64,000 bases of DNA from Treponema sp. UBA6367. GTDB lineage: Bacteria; Spirochaetota; Spirochaetia; Treponematales; Treponemataceae. Of the stretch, positions 1 through 9,421 are shown piece by piece. The notes under the pieces are model-generated. The model did no database searches. It worked only from the letters and a program-made list of their open reading frames with translations, and was not told the DNA's origin. Numbering within the stretch: position 1 is the stretch's first letter; each line of letters starts with the position of its first letter. The DNA lies in NCBI GenBank assembly GCA_002437725.1, contig DJRF01000024.1, positions 53,205-117,204 on the forward strand. The letters run 5' to 3'. Made by a program: the position numbers and the translations under genes.

Positions 1-51
1 TTTAAGGCTGCTCAAAAAGCATTATCTTTCCCTTTTGAACAGCCTGAAAAA

Positions 52-1533
52 TTACCTATCTGCACGAACTACAGGCTTGTAGTTTTTAATTGCATCAACA
101 AGGAAAGCGTGCAGTTTGTCTAAAGCAACACGTTCCTGCTTCATGCTATCGCGATAGCGAACCGTAACTGTATTGTAATCAGGATTTTCACTTCCGTCAT
201 CTTTTTTCTGATTGATTGTATCGTAGTCAACCGTAACACAGAAAGGAGTTCCCACTTCGTCTTGACGGCGGTAACGTTTTCCTACAGTTCCAGAAACATC
301 GTAATCAGTTACAAAATCTTCTTTTAAAAGATGCTGAATTTCTTTTGCCTTTTCTGCAAGACCATCTTTTTTCATAAGAGGAAGAACCGCAACTGTAATA
401 GGTGCAAGACGAGGATCGAGGTGAAGCACAGTTCTGAAATCTTCTTTGCCTTCTTCTGTTGAAACATTTTCTTCTTCGTAAGCTTCGCAAAGGAACATTA
501 AAAAGTTTCTGTTCAAACCTGCAGAAGTTTCAATTACATAAGGAATGTACTTTTTGTTGCCATCTTCCTGATCCATGTAACTCATATCTTTTTTAGAATA
601 TTTCATGTGCTGCGAAAGGTCAAAGTCAGTTCGCGAATGGATACCTTCTATTTCTTCAAAACCGATTGGAAAATTATAGGTAATGTCATAAGCGTCTTTT
701 GCGTAATGAGCAAGTTTGTCGTGGTGATGCCATTTTAATTGATTTTCAGGAATACCGTATTTTAAATAGAAATTCCATCTCTCTTTTCGCCAGTAATCAA
801 AAGTTTCGTCTTCTGTGCCTGGTTTGCAAAAGTATTCCATTTCCATCTGTTCAAATTCGCAAGTTCGGAAAATAAAATTCTTGAAGATAATTTCATTTCT
901 AAAAGATTTTCCATACTGTGCAACTCCAAAAGGAATTTTCATTCTATTTGACTGAACAATGTTTTTAAAATCAACAAAAATTGACTGGCAAGTTTCTGGT
1001 CTAAGATAAACAAGGGAAGAATCGTTAGCCACAGGACCTAAATGAGTTTTAAACATAAGATTAAACTCGCGGACATCTGTCCAGGAATGTTTGCCGCAAG
1101 TAGGGCAATTTATTTTTCCGTCTATAAAAGCCTTCATTTCGTCGTGGCTCATTGTATCAACAGGCTTTTCAGTTTTTTCATCATGCGCAGAACAAAAATC
1201 TTCTATAAGCTGATCAGCACGGAATCTCGCTTTACATTCACAGCAGTCAATCATAGGATCAGAAAAGTGTCCTACGTGACCAGAAGCTTCCCATGTTGTG
1301 TGGTGCATAAAAATTGCCCCGTCAAGACCTACAACATCATCGTGCATCTGCGTCATGTACTTCCACCAAGCATTTTGAATATTGCGCTTTAATTCAACGC
1401 CTAACGGACCGTAATCCCAAGCACCGGCTTGTCCGCCATAAATTTCTGAAGACTGGTATACAAAACCTCGTCTTTTACACAGGCTGATAATTTTGTCCAA
1501 CGTACATGCGTGTGTGTCTTTTGAATTTGCCAT
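52..1533 (-). CDS. glyQS: glycine--tRNA ligase, dimeric class II type
   Basis: ORF 52..1563 has the typical alpha2 GlyRS layout: RRGFVYQSSEIYGG near the N-terminus, GKSFRNEI (class II motif 2) and YIPYVIETSAGLNRNFL. I moved the start to ATG 1533 (MANSKD...), which has AGGAG 5 nt upstream. Confidence 0.9.
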   Translation of the reverse strand: MANSKDTHACTLDKIISLCKRRGFVYQSSEIYGGQAGAWDYGPLGVELKRNIQNAWWKYMTQMHDDVVGLDGAIFMHHTTWEASGHVGHFSDPMIDCCECKARFRADQLIEDFCSAHDEKTEKPVDTMSHDEMKAFIDGKINCPTCGKHSWTDVREFNLMFKTHLGPVANDSSLVYLRPETCQSIFVDFKNIVQSNRMKIPFGVAQYGKSFRNEIIFKNFIFRTCEFEQMEMEYFCKPGTEDETFDYWRKERWNFYLKYGIPENQLKWHHHDKLAHYAKDAYDITYNFPIGFEEIEGIHSRTDFDLSQHMKYSKKDMSYMDQEDGNKKYIPYVIETSAGLNRNFLMFLCEAYEEENVSTEEGKEDFRTVLHLDPRLAPITVAVLPLMKKDGLAEKAKEIQHLLKEDFVTDYDVSGTVGKRYRRQDEVGTPFCVTVDYDTINQKKDDGSENPDYNTVTVRYRDSMKQERVALDKLHAFLVDAIKNYKPVVRADR

Positions 1534-1713
1534 AATAACTCCTATAAGAACTCTGTTGACCACTATTATTTATAAAATAGCGTCCACAGCACAAACTTTG
1601 TGACTCTGGCATGAGCAGTTCAATTTTTTACATTCTGCAGCCACTGGCTTGCACTGTTTGAATGCTTTTGAACAACATAACATAAATATTTAATAATGAA
1701 AAGAAATAAATAA

Positions 1714-1886
1714 AGAAAAAAGCTTTCAGCGAATTTACACTTTGCTCAGACGGTTGCGCTCGCACTTCGTTTGAATGGATTTGGGTTGCTACGCAACTTT
1801 AATTGTTCTAATCGCACAAAGTCTTCACAAATTGTAACTTCGCTTACGCTTTTGTTTATTTTTCTGAAAACTCGAAGTTATGGCTA
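1714..1886 (+). repeat. intergenic nested-palindrome element, long form, copy A (left terminal repeat missing)
   Basis: Near-identical to 16380..16560: GCTTTCAGCGAATTT...TTTGCTCAGACGGTTGCGCTCGCACTTCGTTTGAATGG...GGTTGCTACGCAAC...ATCGCACAAAGTCTTCACAAATTG...GAAAACTCGAAGTTATGGCTA. Confidence 0.85.
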
Positions 1887-1911
1887 ATAAACTAAATCTA
1901 CAAAATAAGAC

Positions 1912-2550
1912 CTAAACTTTTTCTTCTATAATTTTAGAAAGGATGCAAGCGCCCTCTACAATTGCTTCATGCTCTTGTGGAGCAATGCGTTCATAAAGTG
2001 AATCTGGAGAGTCTTCTGGAAGAACAGGAACTTTCTTTTGCACAAGAATTTTTCCAGTGTCGCAACCAGAATCTACAATGTGAACTGTGCACCCGCTTTC
2101 TTTTTCGCCAGCGGCAAGAACTGCTTCGTGAACGTGATGCCCCCACATTCCAACTCCGCCAAATTTTGGCAAAAGAGCTGGATGCAAGTTTATCATCCGG
2201 CCATAAAAAGCATTTATCAGATTTCCAGAATTTACAGTAAGCCAACCTGCCAGAACAATTCCCTGAACGCCATATTTTTTGCAATTTTCAAGAACTTTAT
2301 TGCTAACGGCCTCTCGTTTTTCTTCACGAGAAGCACTTTTTGCAACATCCGCTCCCATAACTGCATAAGGACTTACAATTTCGGTTGGAATTGAAGCATT
2401 TTGAGCACGAACTAAAGCGTAAGCGTCTTTATGGTCGCTCATAACCACCGCAATATGATATGGGCAGTCTTTTTCAGACTTTTCATAATCTATAAGGGCT
2501 TGAAGATTTGTTCCGCCGCCACTCACAAGGACCGCAAGTTTTGCAACCAT
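1912..2550 (-). CDS. purN: phosphoribosylglycinamide formyltransferase
   Basis: LAVLVSGGGTNLQALID N-terminus, INLHPALLPKFGG and GCTVHIVDSGCDTGKIL motifs. 212 aa. Sits directly upstream of purM. Confidence 0.9.
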   Translation of the reverse strand: MVAKLAVLVSGGGTNLQALIDYEKSEKDCPYHIAVVMSDHKDAYALVRAQNASIPTEIVSPYAVMGADVAKSASREEKREAVSNKVLENCKKYGVQGIVLAGWLTVNSGNLINAFYGRMINLHPALLPKFGGVGMWGHHVHEAVLAAGEKESGCTVHIVDSGCDTGKILVQKKVPVLPEDSPDSLYERIAPQEHEAIVEGACILSKIIEEKV

Positions 2551-2552
2551 TT

Positions 2553-3650
2553 TTACTCAGCCTCAAACAAAACCGCGTCTTTTTGGCTTTCAACCTTGCC
2601 TTCCGCATAAGCAACGCGACCGATTTTATAGGCTTTCATGTCAGGAACATCTGGACGGCTGTATTTCGAAGCGTTTTTGTTAAACATTTCTAAAATGGCG
2701 TCTGAATCCTTTTCTTTTACAGCAAGAACAAATCCTATTCCCATGTTGAAAGTGTTGTAAATGGAATTAAGGTCTGCGCCTTTTTTTATAAGCTCTCCAA
2801 AAATAGGCGGAATATCCCAGCTAGAACGCTTAATAATAGAAACAAGCTGTTTTTTACCCTCTTTTGCTTTTGGATACATTCTAGGAATATTTTCGTAAAA
2901 TCCACCGCCTGTTACGTGAACCATTCCGTGAACAGATTTTCTATATTTTTTAAGAACTTCCATAACTGGACGAACATAAATTCGTGTAGGTGTAAGAAGA
3001 ACGTCTCCTATTGTCTTGCCGGTTTCCTTTCCATCGATAAGGAAAGGCTCATTAAAATCTTTTACCAAGCGGCGAACAAGACTAAAGCCGTTTGAATGAA
3101 CACCAGTTGAACTTAAGCCAATAAGAACGTCACCTTCTGCAATTTCCGCGCCGGTTATCATTTCCTTTTTTTCACCAACACCAACGGCAAAGCCTGCAAG
3201 GTCATACTTGCCATCATCGTAAAAATCTGGCATTTCGGCAGTCTCGCCACCTAAAAGAGCGCAGCCTGAATCAACACAACCGTCTGCAACACCTTTTACA
3301 AGGTCAGCGGCAACGTTGGCATCAAGTTTTCCGCAGGCAACGTAATCAAGGAAAAACAAGGGTTGAGTTCCAGAACACAAAATGTCATTAACACTCATAG
3401 CAACGCAGTCAATACCAACAGTATCGTATTTTTTCATTTTAAAAGCTATGTCGAGTTTTGTTCCAACTCCATCGGTTCCGCTAACCATAACAGGTTCTTT
3501 TATTCCCTTAGGAACTGCAAACATTCCGTTAAAACTTCCCAAATCTGTAAGTAAACCAGGAATTCGTGTGCGAGCAGCCTGCTCTTTATACTTGTTTACG
3601 GCGCGGTAGCCTTCTTCAACATCAACACCAGCTTCTTTGTAACTTGCCAT
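2553..3650 (-). CDS. purM: phosphoribosylformylglycinamidine cyclo-ligase (AIR synthetase)
   Basis: YKEAGVDVE, SGTDGVGTKL, LLGGETAEMP and GVHSNGFSL motifs. 365 aa. Confidence 0.92.
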   Translation of the reverse strand: MASYKEAGVDVEEGYRAVNKYKEQAARTRIPGLLTDLGSFNGMFAVPKGIKEPVMVSGTDGVGTKLDIAFKMKKYDTVGIDCVAMSVNDILCSGTQPLFFLDYVACGKLDANVAADLVKGVADGCVDSGCALLGGETAEMPDFYDDGKYDLAGFAVGVGEKKEMITGAEIAEGDVLIGLSSTGVHSNGFSLVRRLVKDFNEPFLIDGKETGKTIGDVLLTPTRIYVRPVMEVLKKYRKSVHGMVHVTGGGFYENIPRMYPKAKEGKKQLVSIIKRSSWDIPPIFGELIKKGADLNSIYNTFNMGIGFVLAVKEKDSDAILEMFNKNASKYSRPDVPDMKAYKIGRVAYAEGKVESQKDAVLFEAE

Positions 3651-3753
3651 TTTATGGACCTCAACCTATTATTTTTTGTTGTCTTTATAACTTTATTTTA
3701 GACAACAATGTTTTTCTATTATAGAGATTTCAAAAGAGTTTGAAAACACTTGT

Positions 3754-3836
3754 TGGCTTAAATATCGAATTTTTAGAAACTTCCCAAAAAACGCTTTCAG
3801 CGAATTTATTTTTTTCCAAAAACTCGACATTTAAAC
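3754..3836 (+). repeat. intergenic palindromic element, degenerate short form
   Basis: TGGCTTAAATATCGAATTTTTAGAAA...AAAAAACGCTTTCAGCGAATTTATTTTTTTCCAAAAACTCGACATTTAAAC resembles the short copies at 33765 and 58867 in reverse-complement orientation. Confidence 0.55.
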
Positions 3837-3850
3837 TTGCTAATTAATTT

Positions 3851-4348
3851 CTAAAAGATTACGCCTTCTTTTATGCCTGCGCTAGCTTGATCCGCAAGTT
3901 TTTTTCTGAATTCTAAAAGTTTTTCCTTTAATTCAGGATATTTAATAGAAAGAATTTGAACGGCAAGGTAACCTGCGTTTTTCGCGTTTCCAATTCCAAC
4001 CGTTGCGACTGGTATTTGAGGAGGCATTTGAACAATCGAAAGGAGCGCGTCCATTCCGGCAAGACCGTTTGTAGAACCGCTTACACATTCTAAAGGAACT
4101 CCAATAACAGGAAGGGTCGTAATGCCGGCGATAACGCCTGGCAGAGCGGCAGCAAGCCCCGCGCCAGCAATAATTACTTCAAAACCGTCTTTTTCGCATT
4201 GGCGAACAGTTTCATGAAGCAATTCCCCTGCTCTATGCGCGCTTATTACAAACGCTTTGTATTCCACGCCAAATTCAGCAAGCACATCAGCAGTTTTTTT
4301 CATTTTTTCTGTATCAGACTTAGAACCAAAAAAAATAGCAACTTTCAT
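3851..4348 (-). CDS. purE: PurE (AIR carboxylase / N5-CAIR mutase family), possibly class II
   Basis: KVAIFFGSKSD, VISAHRAGE and IIAGAGLAAALPGVIAG motifs. I moved the start to ATG 4348 (MKVAIFF), which has GGAGG upstream. The longer ORF start at 4381 is unlikely. Confidence 0.88.
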   Translation of the reverse strand: MKVAIFFGSKSDTEKMKKTADVLAEFGVEYKAFVISAHRAGELLHETVRQCEKDGFEVIIAGAGLAAALPGVIAGITTLPVIGVPLECVSGSTNGLAGMDALLSIVQMPPQIPVATVGIGNAKNAGYLAVQILSIKYPELKEKLLEFRKKLADQASAGIKEGVIF

Positions 4349-4395
4349 ATATCCTCCATAATAAGCAAGTTTGAAACGCAAACTTTATGCCTATA

Positions 4396-4599
4396 AGGTC
4401 AAAAGTCGAGTTTTTTTTATAAATGTAAAAAATGCCTTAAGCGAATTTTCAATTTGTTCAGATGCTTGTGTTCGCACTTCGTTTGAAAAGGTTTAGGTTG
4501 CTGCGCAAGCCCTAAATTGTTCTTATCGCACAAAATCTTAACAAATTGCAACTTCTCTTACGCTTTATTCTGTTTTTCTAAAAACTCGACTTTCGTCCT
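4396..4599 (+). repeat. intergenic nested-palindrome element, long form, copy B (AGGTCAAAAGTCGAG terminal variant)
   Basis: Termini are AGGTCAAAAGTCGAGTTTTTTTT ... AAAAACTCGACTTTCGTCCT. The core is collinear with copies A, C, D and E. The right end overlaps the stop codon of the GH13 gene. Confidence 0.8.
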
Positions 4600-6401
4600 C
4601 ATAGACTATAAATTACAAAACCATCAAGGTCTAAAACACCTTCATTAAAGCCAGAGCTTAAAAGCACATTTTTGCTTAAAACCTCTGTTTTGAATGGCTT
4701 TTTGCCGCAATTTACAATAATTCCAGCCTTAGTCTTTTTGTCTTCAGAAGTTTTTACAATATGCACAACACGGTTTTCGCCATTTTTATCGCAAGAATCA
4801 TGAACAAAGTCCATTTGAGTCCCCAAAAGCGCAGAATTGGACTTTCGCAGCGAAATTAATTTTTTTGTAAACTCTTGCTGCTCTTCAAAAAGACCTGAAT
4901 CAATCTGTTTCCAAGGCATGCATCGCCTGTTGTCAGGATCATGACCGCCTTCAAGAGCAATTTCTGTTCCATAGTAAATGCATACGCTTCCTGGCATACA
5001 GAACATTAACGCTAGCGCAATGTTAGAACGTCTTTTGTTGCCAGAGCAGCGATTTAAGATTCTTATAGTATCATGGCTATCCATCTGATTAAAAAGAACC
5101 CTATTAGTCTGCCTGTAGTACATTGAAAAACATCTATTTAAAGCCCATTCGAACTGCTTAGAATTCCATTCATCCTTGCAGCAAAAATCAGCAATGGCGT
5201 TTTGAAGAGGATAGTTCATCACAGAATCAAACTCGTTGCCCCGCAACCACGGCATTGAATTATGCCATATTTCGCCAACAATATAAAAATCAGGCTTTAA
5301 TGATTTCATCTTCTTGTTGAGTTCCTGGCAAAAAACGTGGCTTATTTCATTTGCAACATCAAGCCTAATTCCATCGATGTCGTATTTTTTTACCCATTTT
5401 TCGCAAACATTAAGAAGATAATTTCTAAGTTCAGGATTGTTGGTGTTTAGTTTCGGCATAAAATCTACAAATGCAAAGGAATACATTTTTCCCTTGCGAG
5501 AATTGCTGTGTTCACCAAAGCCCATTTTATCAAGGTTGTAATCGTTTACCATGAACCAGTCGGCATACTTCGACTTGCGGCCATTTTTTACAGCATCCAG
5601 CCATTGTGGAAACTGGCTTCCGCAGTGATTGAAAACACCATCAAAAATAACTCTGATTCCATGCTCGTGAGCTTTTTTTACCATTTTAACAACATCGTCT
5701 TCAGAGCCAAATTCAGGATCAATTTGCTCATAGTCATCAGTATTATACTTATGCTGTGAAGTAGAAAGATTTATTGGAGTTAAATAAATTCCAGTTATTC
5801 CAAGATTTTGAAGATAGTCCAAACGGTCTATTATTCCGCGAATATTTCCTCCGTAAACCGGCTCTTTCCATCCGTGTTTTATAGGCTCGCCAAATTCTGC
5901 CCAAGGCAAAAGATTTTCAGGGGTTACGGAACATTCCCCTTTTGAAAATCTTGCAGGAAAAATCTGATACCAAACAGTGTTTTCCGCCCATTTAGGAACT
6001 TTATTTGTATCTGCAGGATTCATCCACGGAAAAATAAAAGCTCCTTGCATATTTGTAGTAGCAAGCTGCTCTTCGGTAACAAAACCCGTTTCCAAAAAGA
6101 ACATTTTTTCGTCGCCACTTTCTAATTTAAAATAATAGCGCAGGCGTTTAAATTCTGGCTTTATTTGAGTCGTCCACAAAAAATGAGTTTGAAGTTCTTT
6201 TTTTTGAAAAATTTCATTTTCACGGCCTTTCCAATTCCAATTGCCACCCATAATTCCGCCTTCAAAAGGGTCGCCATAGATAATTGAAACCTTTTCGACA
6301 TCTTTTCCTGTAAAAAGATTAATTTCAAGAGTGTCATCGTCTAAGGGATAACAAAAATTATCGTATGCACGATGTTGTACTGCAGCTAAATCCATAAGCA
6401 A
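4599..6401 (-). CDS. GH13 alpha-glycosidase (neopullulanase/cyclomaltodextrinase-like)
   Basis: The four GH13 conserved regions are present: DGVFNHCG, DGIRLDVANE, IVGEIWH and FNQMDSHD. 600 aa with an N-terminal extension. No signal peptide. Confidence 0.85.
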   Translation of the reverse strand: MLMDLAAVQHRAYDNFCYPLDDDTLEINLFTGKDVEKVSIIYGDPFEGGIMGGNWNWKGRENEIFQKKELQTHFLWTTQIKPEFKRLRYYFKLESGDEKMFFLETGFVTEEQLATTNMQGAFIFPWMNPADTNKVPKWAENTVWYQIFPARFSKGECSVTPENLLPWAEFGEPIKHGWKEPVYGGNIRGIIDRLDYLQNLGITGIYLTPINLSTSQHKYNTDDYEQIDPEFGSEDDVVKMVKKAHEHGIRVIFDGVFNHCGSQFPQWLDAVKNGRKSKYADWFMVNDYNLDKMGFGEHSNSRKGKMYSFAFVDFMPKLNTNNPELRNYLLNVCEKWVKKYDIDGIRLDVANEISHVFCQELNKKMKSLKPDFYIVGEIWHNSMPWLRGNEFDSVMNYPLQNAIADFCCKDEWNSKQFEWALNRCFSMYYRQTNRVLFNQMDSHDTIRILNRCSGNKRRSNIALALMFCMPGSVCIYYGTEIALEGGHDPDNRRCMPWKQIDSGLFEEQQEFTKKLISLRKSNSALLGTQMDFVHDSCDKNGENRVVHIVKTSEDKKTKAGIIVNCGKKPFKTEVLSKNVLLSSGFNEGVLDLDGFVIYSL

Positions 6402-6510
6402 GATTTTACAATAAAAGACTTATTTTGGGAATAAGATTTCTTCCATAGATAAAAACACAGTTTTCTACTAAACACTACAAAAAATATTCTAAATCGATTA
6501 AAATAAATAT

Positions 6511-7308
6511 ATGAACGAAAATAAAAAAAATTGGTGGAACTATGTAGACTTTTTTAAACTCACAGGGCTTTTATTAATTTGGGTTTCCGCATGGCTTTTT
6601 ATGCTGCCTTCTAAAATGAAGATAAATGAGCCATATTTCGAAAATATTTGGGGAAACATTTTTGCCTTTTTAGGATTTTCCAAAATCAAAACCGTAAAAG
6701 TTTGGCAGCTTCCAGATTTGCTAAGTTCTGTGTTTGCGCTTATCTTAATGACGATTTTACAACTGCGAGGAATTTTTTCTTTTGTGCCAAAACTTTCAAA
6801 ACAAAAAGAAAGCAAATCTATTGAAATAACTTTGAATACCCTGAGCATAATTGTTCACACATTGTTCTTTACCATGCTGGTGAAAGTATTTATTTTTCCA
6901 AATACAGAAACTTCAAATTTCATGCAGCAACTAAAAAACGATATGTTTATGACGATTTTTTGCACAATCTGCATAACAGGAATGATTTTAGGGGCAAGAG
7001 CAATTTCTAGACTTTTGCTTGTAATTTTTTCATTCTATGCGATTTTTAAAAACATAAACTTTATGAGCACCAGCTTAGGAATATGGGGATTTGCAGCAAT
7101 TGTTTGCGCGGTCGTTGGTTTCTATTTAGAATTCTGCACCGATGGATTTGATAAAACAAGACTTTTAATGGATTTGCACTTTTTAGCAGGAAATTACGAC
7201 TCTTTAGTTTTAAAAGAAAACGAAAAAGAAAGTCCTGTTGAAAAAAAAGATTCTTTGCCTTTAAAAAGCGTGAACAATTCTATAAATAAAACAAAAGTAA
7301 AATTATAA
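6511..7308 (+). CDS. hypothetical polytopic membrane protein
   Basis: 265-aa ORF with several hydrophobic segments. I recognise no family. Confidence 0.5.
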   Translation: MNENKKNWWNYVDFFKLTGLLLIWVSAWLFMLPSKMKINEPYFENIWGNIFAFLGFSKIKTVKVWQLPDLLSSVFALILMTILQLRGIFSFVPKLSKQKESKSIEITLNTLSIIVHTLFFTMLVKVFIFPNTETSNFMQQLKNDMFMTIFCTICITGMILGARAISRLLLVIFSFYAIFKNINFMSTSLGIWGFAAIVCAVVGFYLEFCTDGFDKTRLLMDLHFLAGNYDSLVLKENEKESPVEKKDSLPLKSVNNSINKTKVKL

Positions 7309-7324
7309 ATCGTAGGATTCTAAA

Positions 7325-7945
7325 ATGACAAAAACAAAAGCAACAATTTATTTGGTTTTATTTTTACTGATTTTTATAGGAATTCCATTTTTTGTAATAG
7401 AAAAAAATATCTTAATTTCCGGAGGCTGGAACGGACTTCCCTGGGGAGCAACCGAAAGCCAAGCAAAGGAATGGGTTCAAAAAAACAACACAAATGCGAT
7501 TTGGAACAAATGCAAGCAAAATCACTTTGGAGTTTCTTGCTATAAAGTTACTTGGAAAGACAATGCAAACGTTCCATTTGAATCCATTGAATTTCAATTC
7601 AAAAATGGTGAGCTTTGCGCCGTAAAAGAAACTAAGCTTCAAACTCAAATTGACCCATCAATTTCTATGAAGCTTGGAAATCCAACAAGCGGCAAAGACC
7701 TTGCAAATGACATTTACAAGGAAAAAGGAATAAAATATAAACTTACAGATAGAATTTTTTTCTACAAACCTGAACGGCAGCCGAAAAATGTAAAAGTCAC
7801 TTATAGCGTTGAACGCCTTGTAAGGACTAACCTTTCTGATTTGGATATGCCAGATTTAACGCTTTTTTATCAGCTTTCAATTTTTTATACATCGCCAGAA
7901 TATAGTTCTCAAGAGCAAGAAAACGCTTTGCCGAATTTTTTATAA
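7325..7945 (+). CDS. hypothetical protein with N-terminal membrane anchor
   Basis: 206-aa ORF with one N-terminal hydrophobic helix (IYLVLFLLIFIGIPFFVI). Lies 17 nt after the previous gene. Confidence 0.5.
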   Translation: MTKTKATIYLVLFLLIFIGIPFFVIEKNILISGGWNGLPWGATESQAKEWVQKNNTNAIWNKCKQNHFGVSCYKVTWKDNANVPFESIEFQFKNGELCAVKETKLQTQIDPSISMKLGNPTSGKDLANDIYKEKGIKYKLTDRIFFYKPERQPKNVKVTYSVERLVRTNLSDLDMPDLTLFYQLSIFYTSPEYSSQEQENALPNFL

Positions 7946-8040
7946 GTTTTTATGATTTTGACAAAATGCATTAAGGAAGATAAAACAAAAATGCAAAATC
8001 AAAGTTGAATCGTTCGATTTGCATATTTAAGGAAACAAAA

Positions 8041-8850
8041 ATGTTCAATAAAAAAAATATTTTTTCAATCGTTTTAGCCGCAGCTTTTTCTTTTTTGCTT
8101 TTTTCATGCCGCACAACTGCCTTAGTCAAAGACAACTTGCACGAAAATGTTTTTTACGTTCAGATTGGAAACGGAATTTACTTAAAAAACGTAACCGAAA
8201 ACGCAAAAACATCATATTCGATAGTAAAAATAGATTTAAAAAATCCAGAGCTAAAACTGAACTGGACTTCTTTAAAAGAAGGATGGATTTTGCCAGAAAA
8301 CACAAAAAATTTTGCAAAAAGAACAAAAAGTCTTGCAGCAATAAATACTACACCTTTTGAAATCAAAAAAAGTTTTCCCAAAAACAAAACTTTACCAGTC
8401 GGAATAATTTGTGAAAACGGAAAAGTTAAATCAAATCCGCAAAAAAAATACGGAGCTTTAGTCTTTTACAAAGCAAACAGCGAACTTTTTTGCAAAATTA
8501 TTGAAGACCAAACAGAGATAAACAAATTTTCGCAAAAAATAGTTTATGCCTGCGGTGGATTTTGGCAGAGTTTAAAAGAAGGCAAAGATTTCAATTCATT
8601 TAAGGATATAAAAAATTGCCGCACCGCAGTAGGAACTTCGCAAGATGAATCAACACTTTTTATTCTTGTAGGAAAAAATCTTTCCTATAGCGACTGCAAC
8701 AAAATCTTTCAAAAAGAAAGCGTTTTCAACGCATTGCAATTAGACGGCGGTCGCTCCTCGCAACTGGTAATCAAAGACAAAAAAATTGCAGGACACTTTT
8801 TTAATCGAAAAGTCTGTTCATCCTTAGGATTTACAGTCGAGGCTCAATAA
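8041..8850 (+). CDS. phosphodiester glycosidase family (DUF2233-like) lipoprotein
   Basis: Start at ATG 8041 (MFNKKNIFS...LLFSC lipobox) with AAGGA upstream. The C-terminal ALQLDGGRSSQLV motif is typical of this family. Confidence 0.6.
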   Translation: MFNKKNIFSIVLAAAFSFLLFSCRTTALVKDNLHENVFYVQIGNGIYLKNVTENAKTSYSIVKIDLKNPELKLNWTSLKEGWILPENTKNFAKRTKSLAAINTTPFEIKKSFPKNKTLPVGIICENGKVKSNPQKKYGALVFYKANSELFCKIIEDQTEINKFSQKIVYACGGFWQSLKEGKDFNSFKDIKNCRTAVGTSQDESTLFILVGKNLSYSDCNKIFQKESVFNALQLDGGRSSQLVIKDKKIAGHFFNRKVCSSLGFTVEAQ

Positions 8851-9421
8851 TTACTTCTCCATCAAAAATACCTACAAAAAAACTTTGAATTTGGATTTTA
8901 GAGCCTGTTGCCTTTATAAAATCAGAATTTTCTGATGATTTATAAAAATATATGTTTTCCTCATCATCAGAAGTTATAAAAAATTGGTGGATATTATCTT
9001 TTTTAGTATCCTTATCATTAAAAAACAAAATTTTATTTTCATTCAATAAAAAACTACTGTTCTTGCCAAAGCCAAGATAATATTTTTCATCCACTTTTAG
9101 CAAAAACGAAACATATACGTCATTTGCAAGTCCTTCTCCATAATTTTCCACTTGAAAAGTTTTGTTTTCATTTTCTTTTAGACTTTCCGAAATAAAAGTA
9201 TTAGAAGAAAAACTTATAAGACTTTCACTCCAAGATTTTCTGTCATAGGAAAAGACCGAATAGACTTCGATATTAACAGAATTCATCGATTTATTAGAAA
9301 TTTCAAAAGAAAAGCCGCAATTGTAAAAAGGTTCTGTAGCAACTTCATTATTTTTACAAGAAACAAAAAATTGAAATGTTATAAAAAATAAAAAACATAC
9401 AAAAATTGAACTTTTTTTCAT
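8831..9421 (-). CDS. hypothetical lipoprotein
   Basis: Signal peptide plus lipobox (FQFFVSC). 196 aa. Start overlaps the stop of the astacin gene by 4 nt. Confidence 0.6.
   Translation of the reverse strand: MKKSSIFVCFLFFITFQFFVSCKNNEVATEPFYNCGFSFEISNKSMNSVNIEVYSVFSYDRKSWSESLISFSSNTFISESLKENENKTFQVENYGEGLANDVYVSFLLKVDEKYYLGFGKNSSFLLNENKILFFNDKDTKKDNIHQFFITSDDEENIYFYKSSENSDFIKATGSKIQIQSFFVGIFDGEVIIEPRL
8845..8892. repeat. 48-bp perfect direct repeat, copy 1
   Basis: CAATAATTACTTCTCCATCAAAAATACCTACAAAAAAACTTTGAATTT is identical to 10782..10829. It overlaps the convergent 3' ends of 8041..8850 and 8831..9421. Confidence 0.95.

Noticed and set aside
1564-1713. Possible T-box leader upstream of glyQS.
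   Set aside because: I could not find the specifier-loop/AGAGA features or the conserved T-box sequence, and the region is short once the repeat element is subtracted. It would need a covariance-model scan to revisit.
5508-5759. Short antisense ORFs within GH13, purN, purM, cysS, uvrB and other genes listed in the ORF track (60-140 aa).
   Set aside because: All are nested in well-supported genes on the opposite strand or in another frame. None has a recognisable motif or an RBS.
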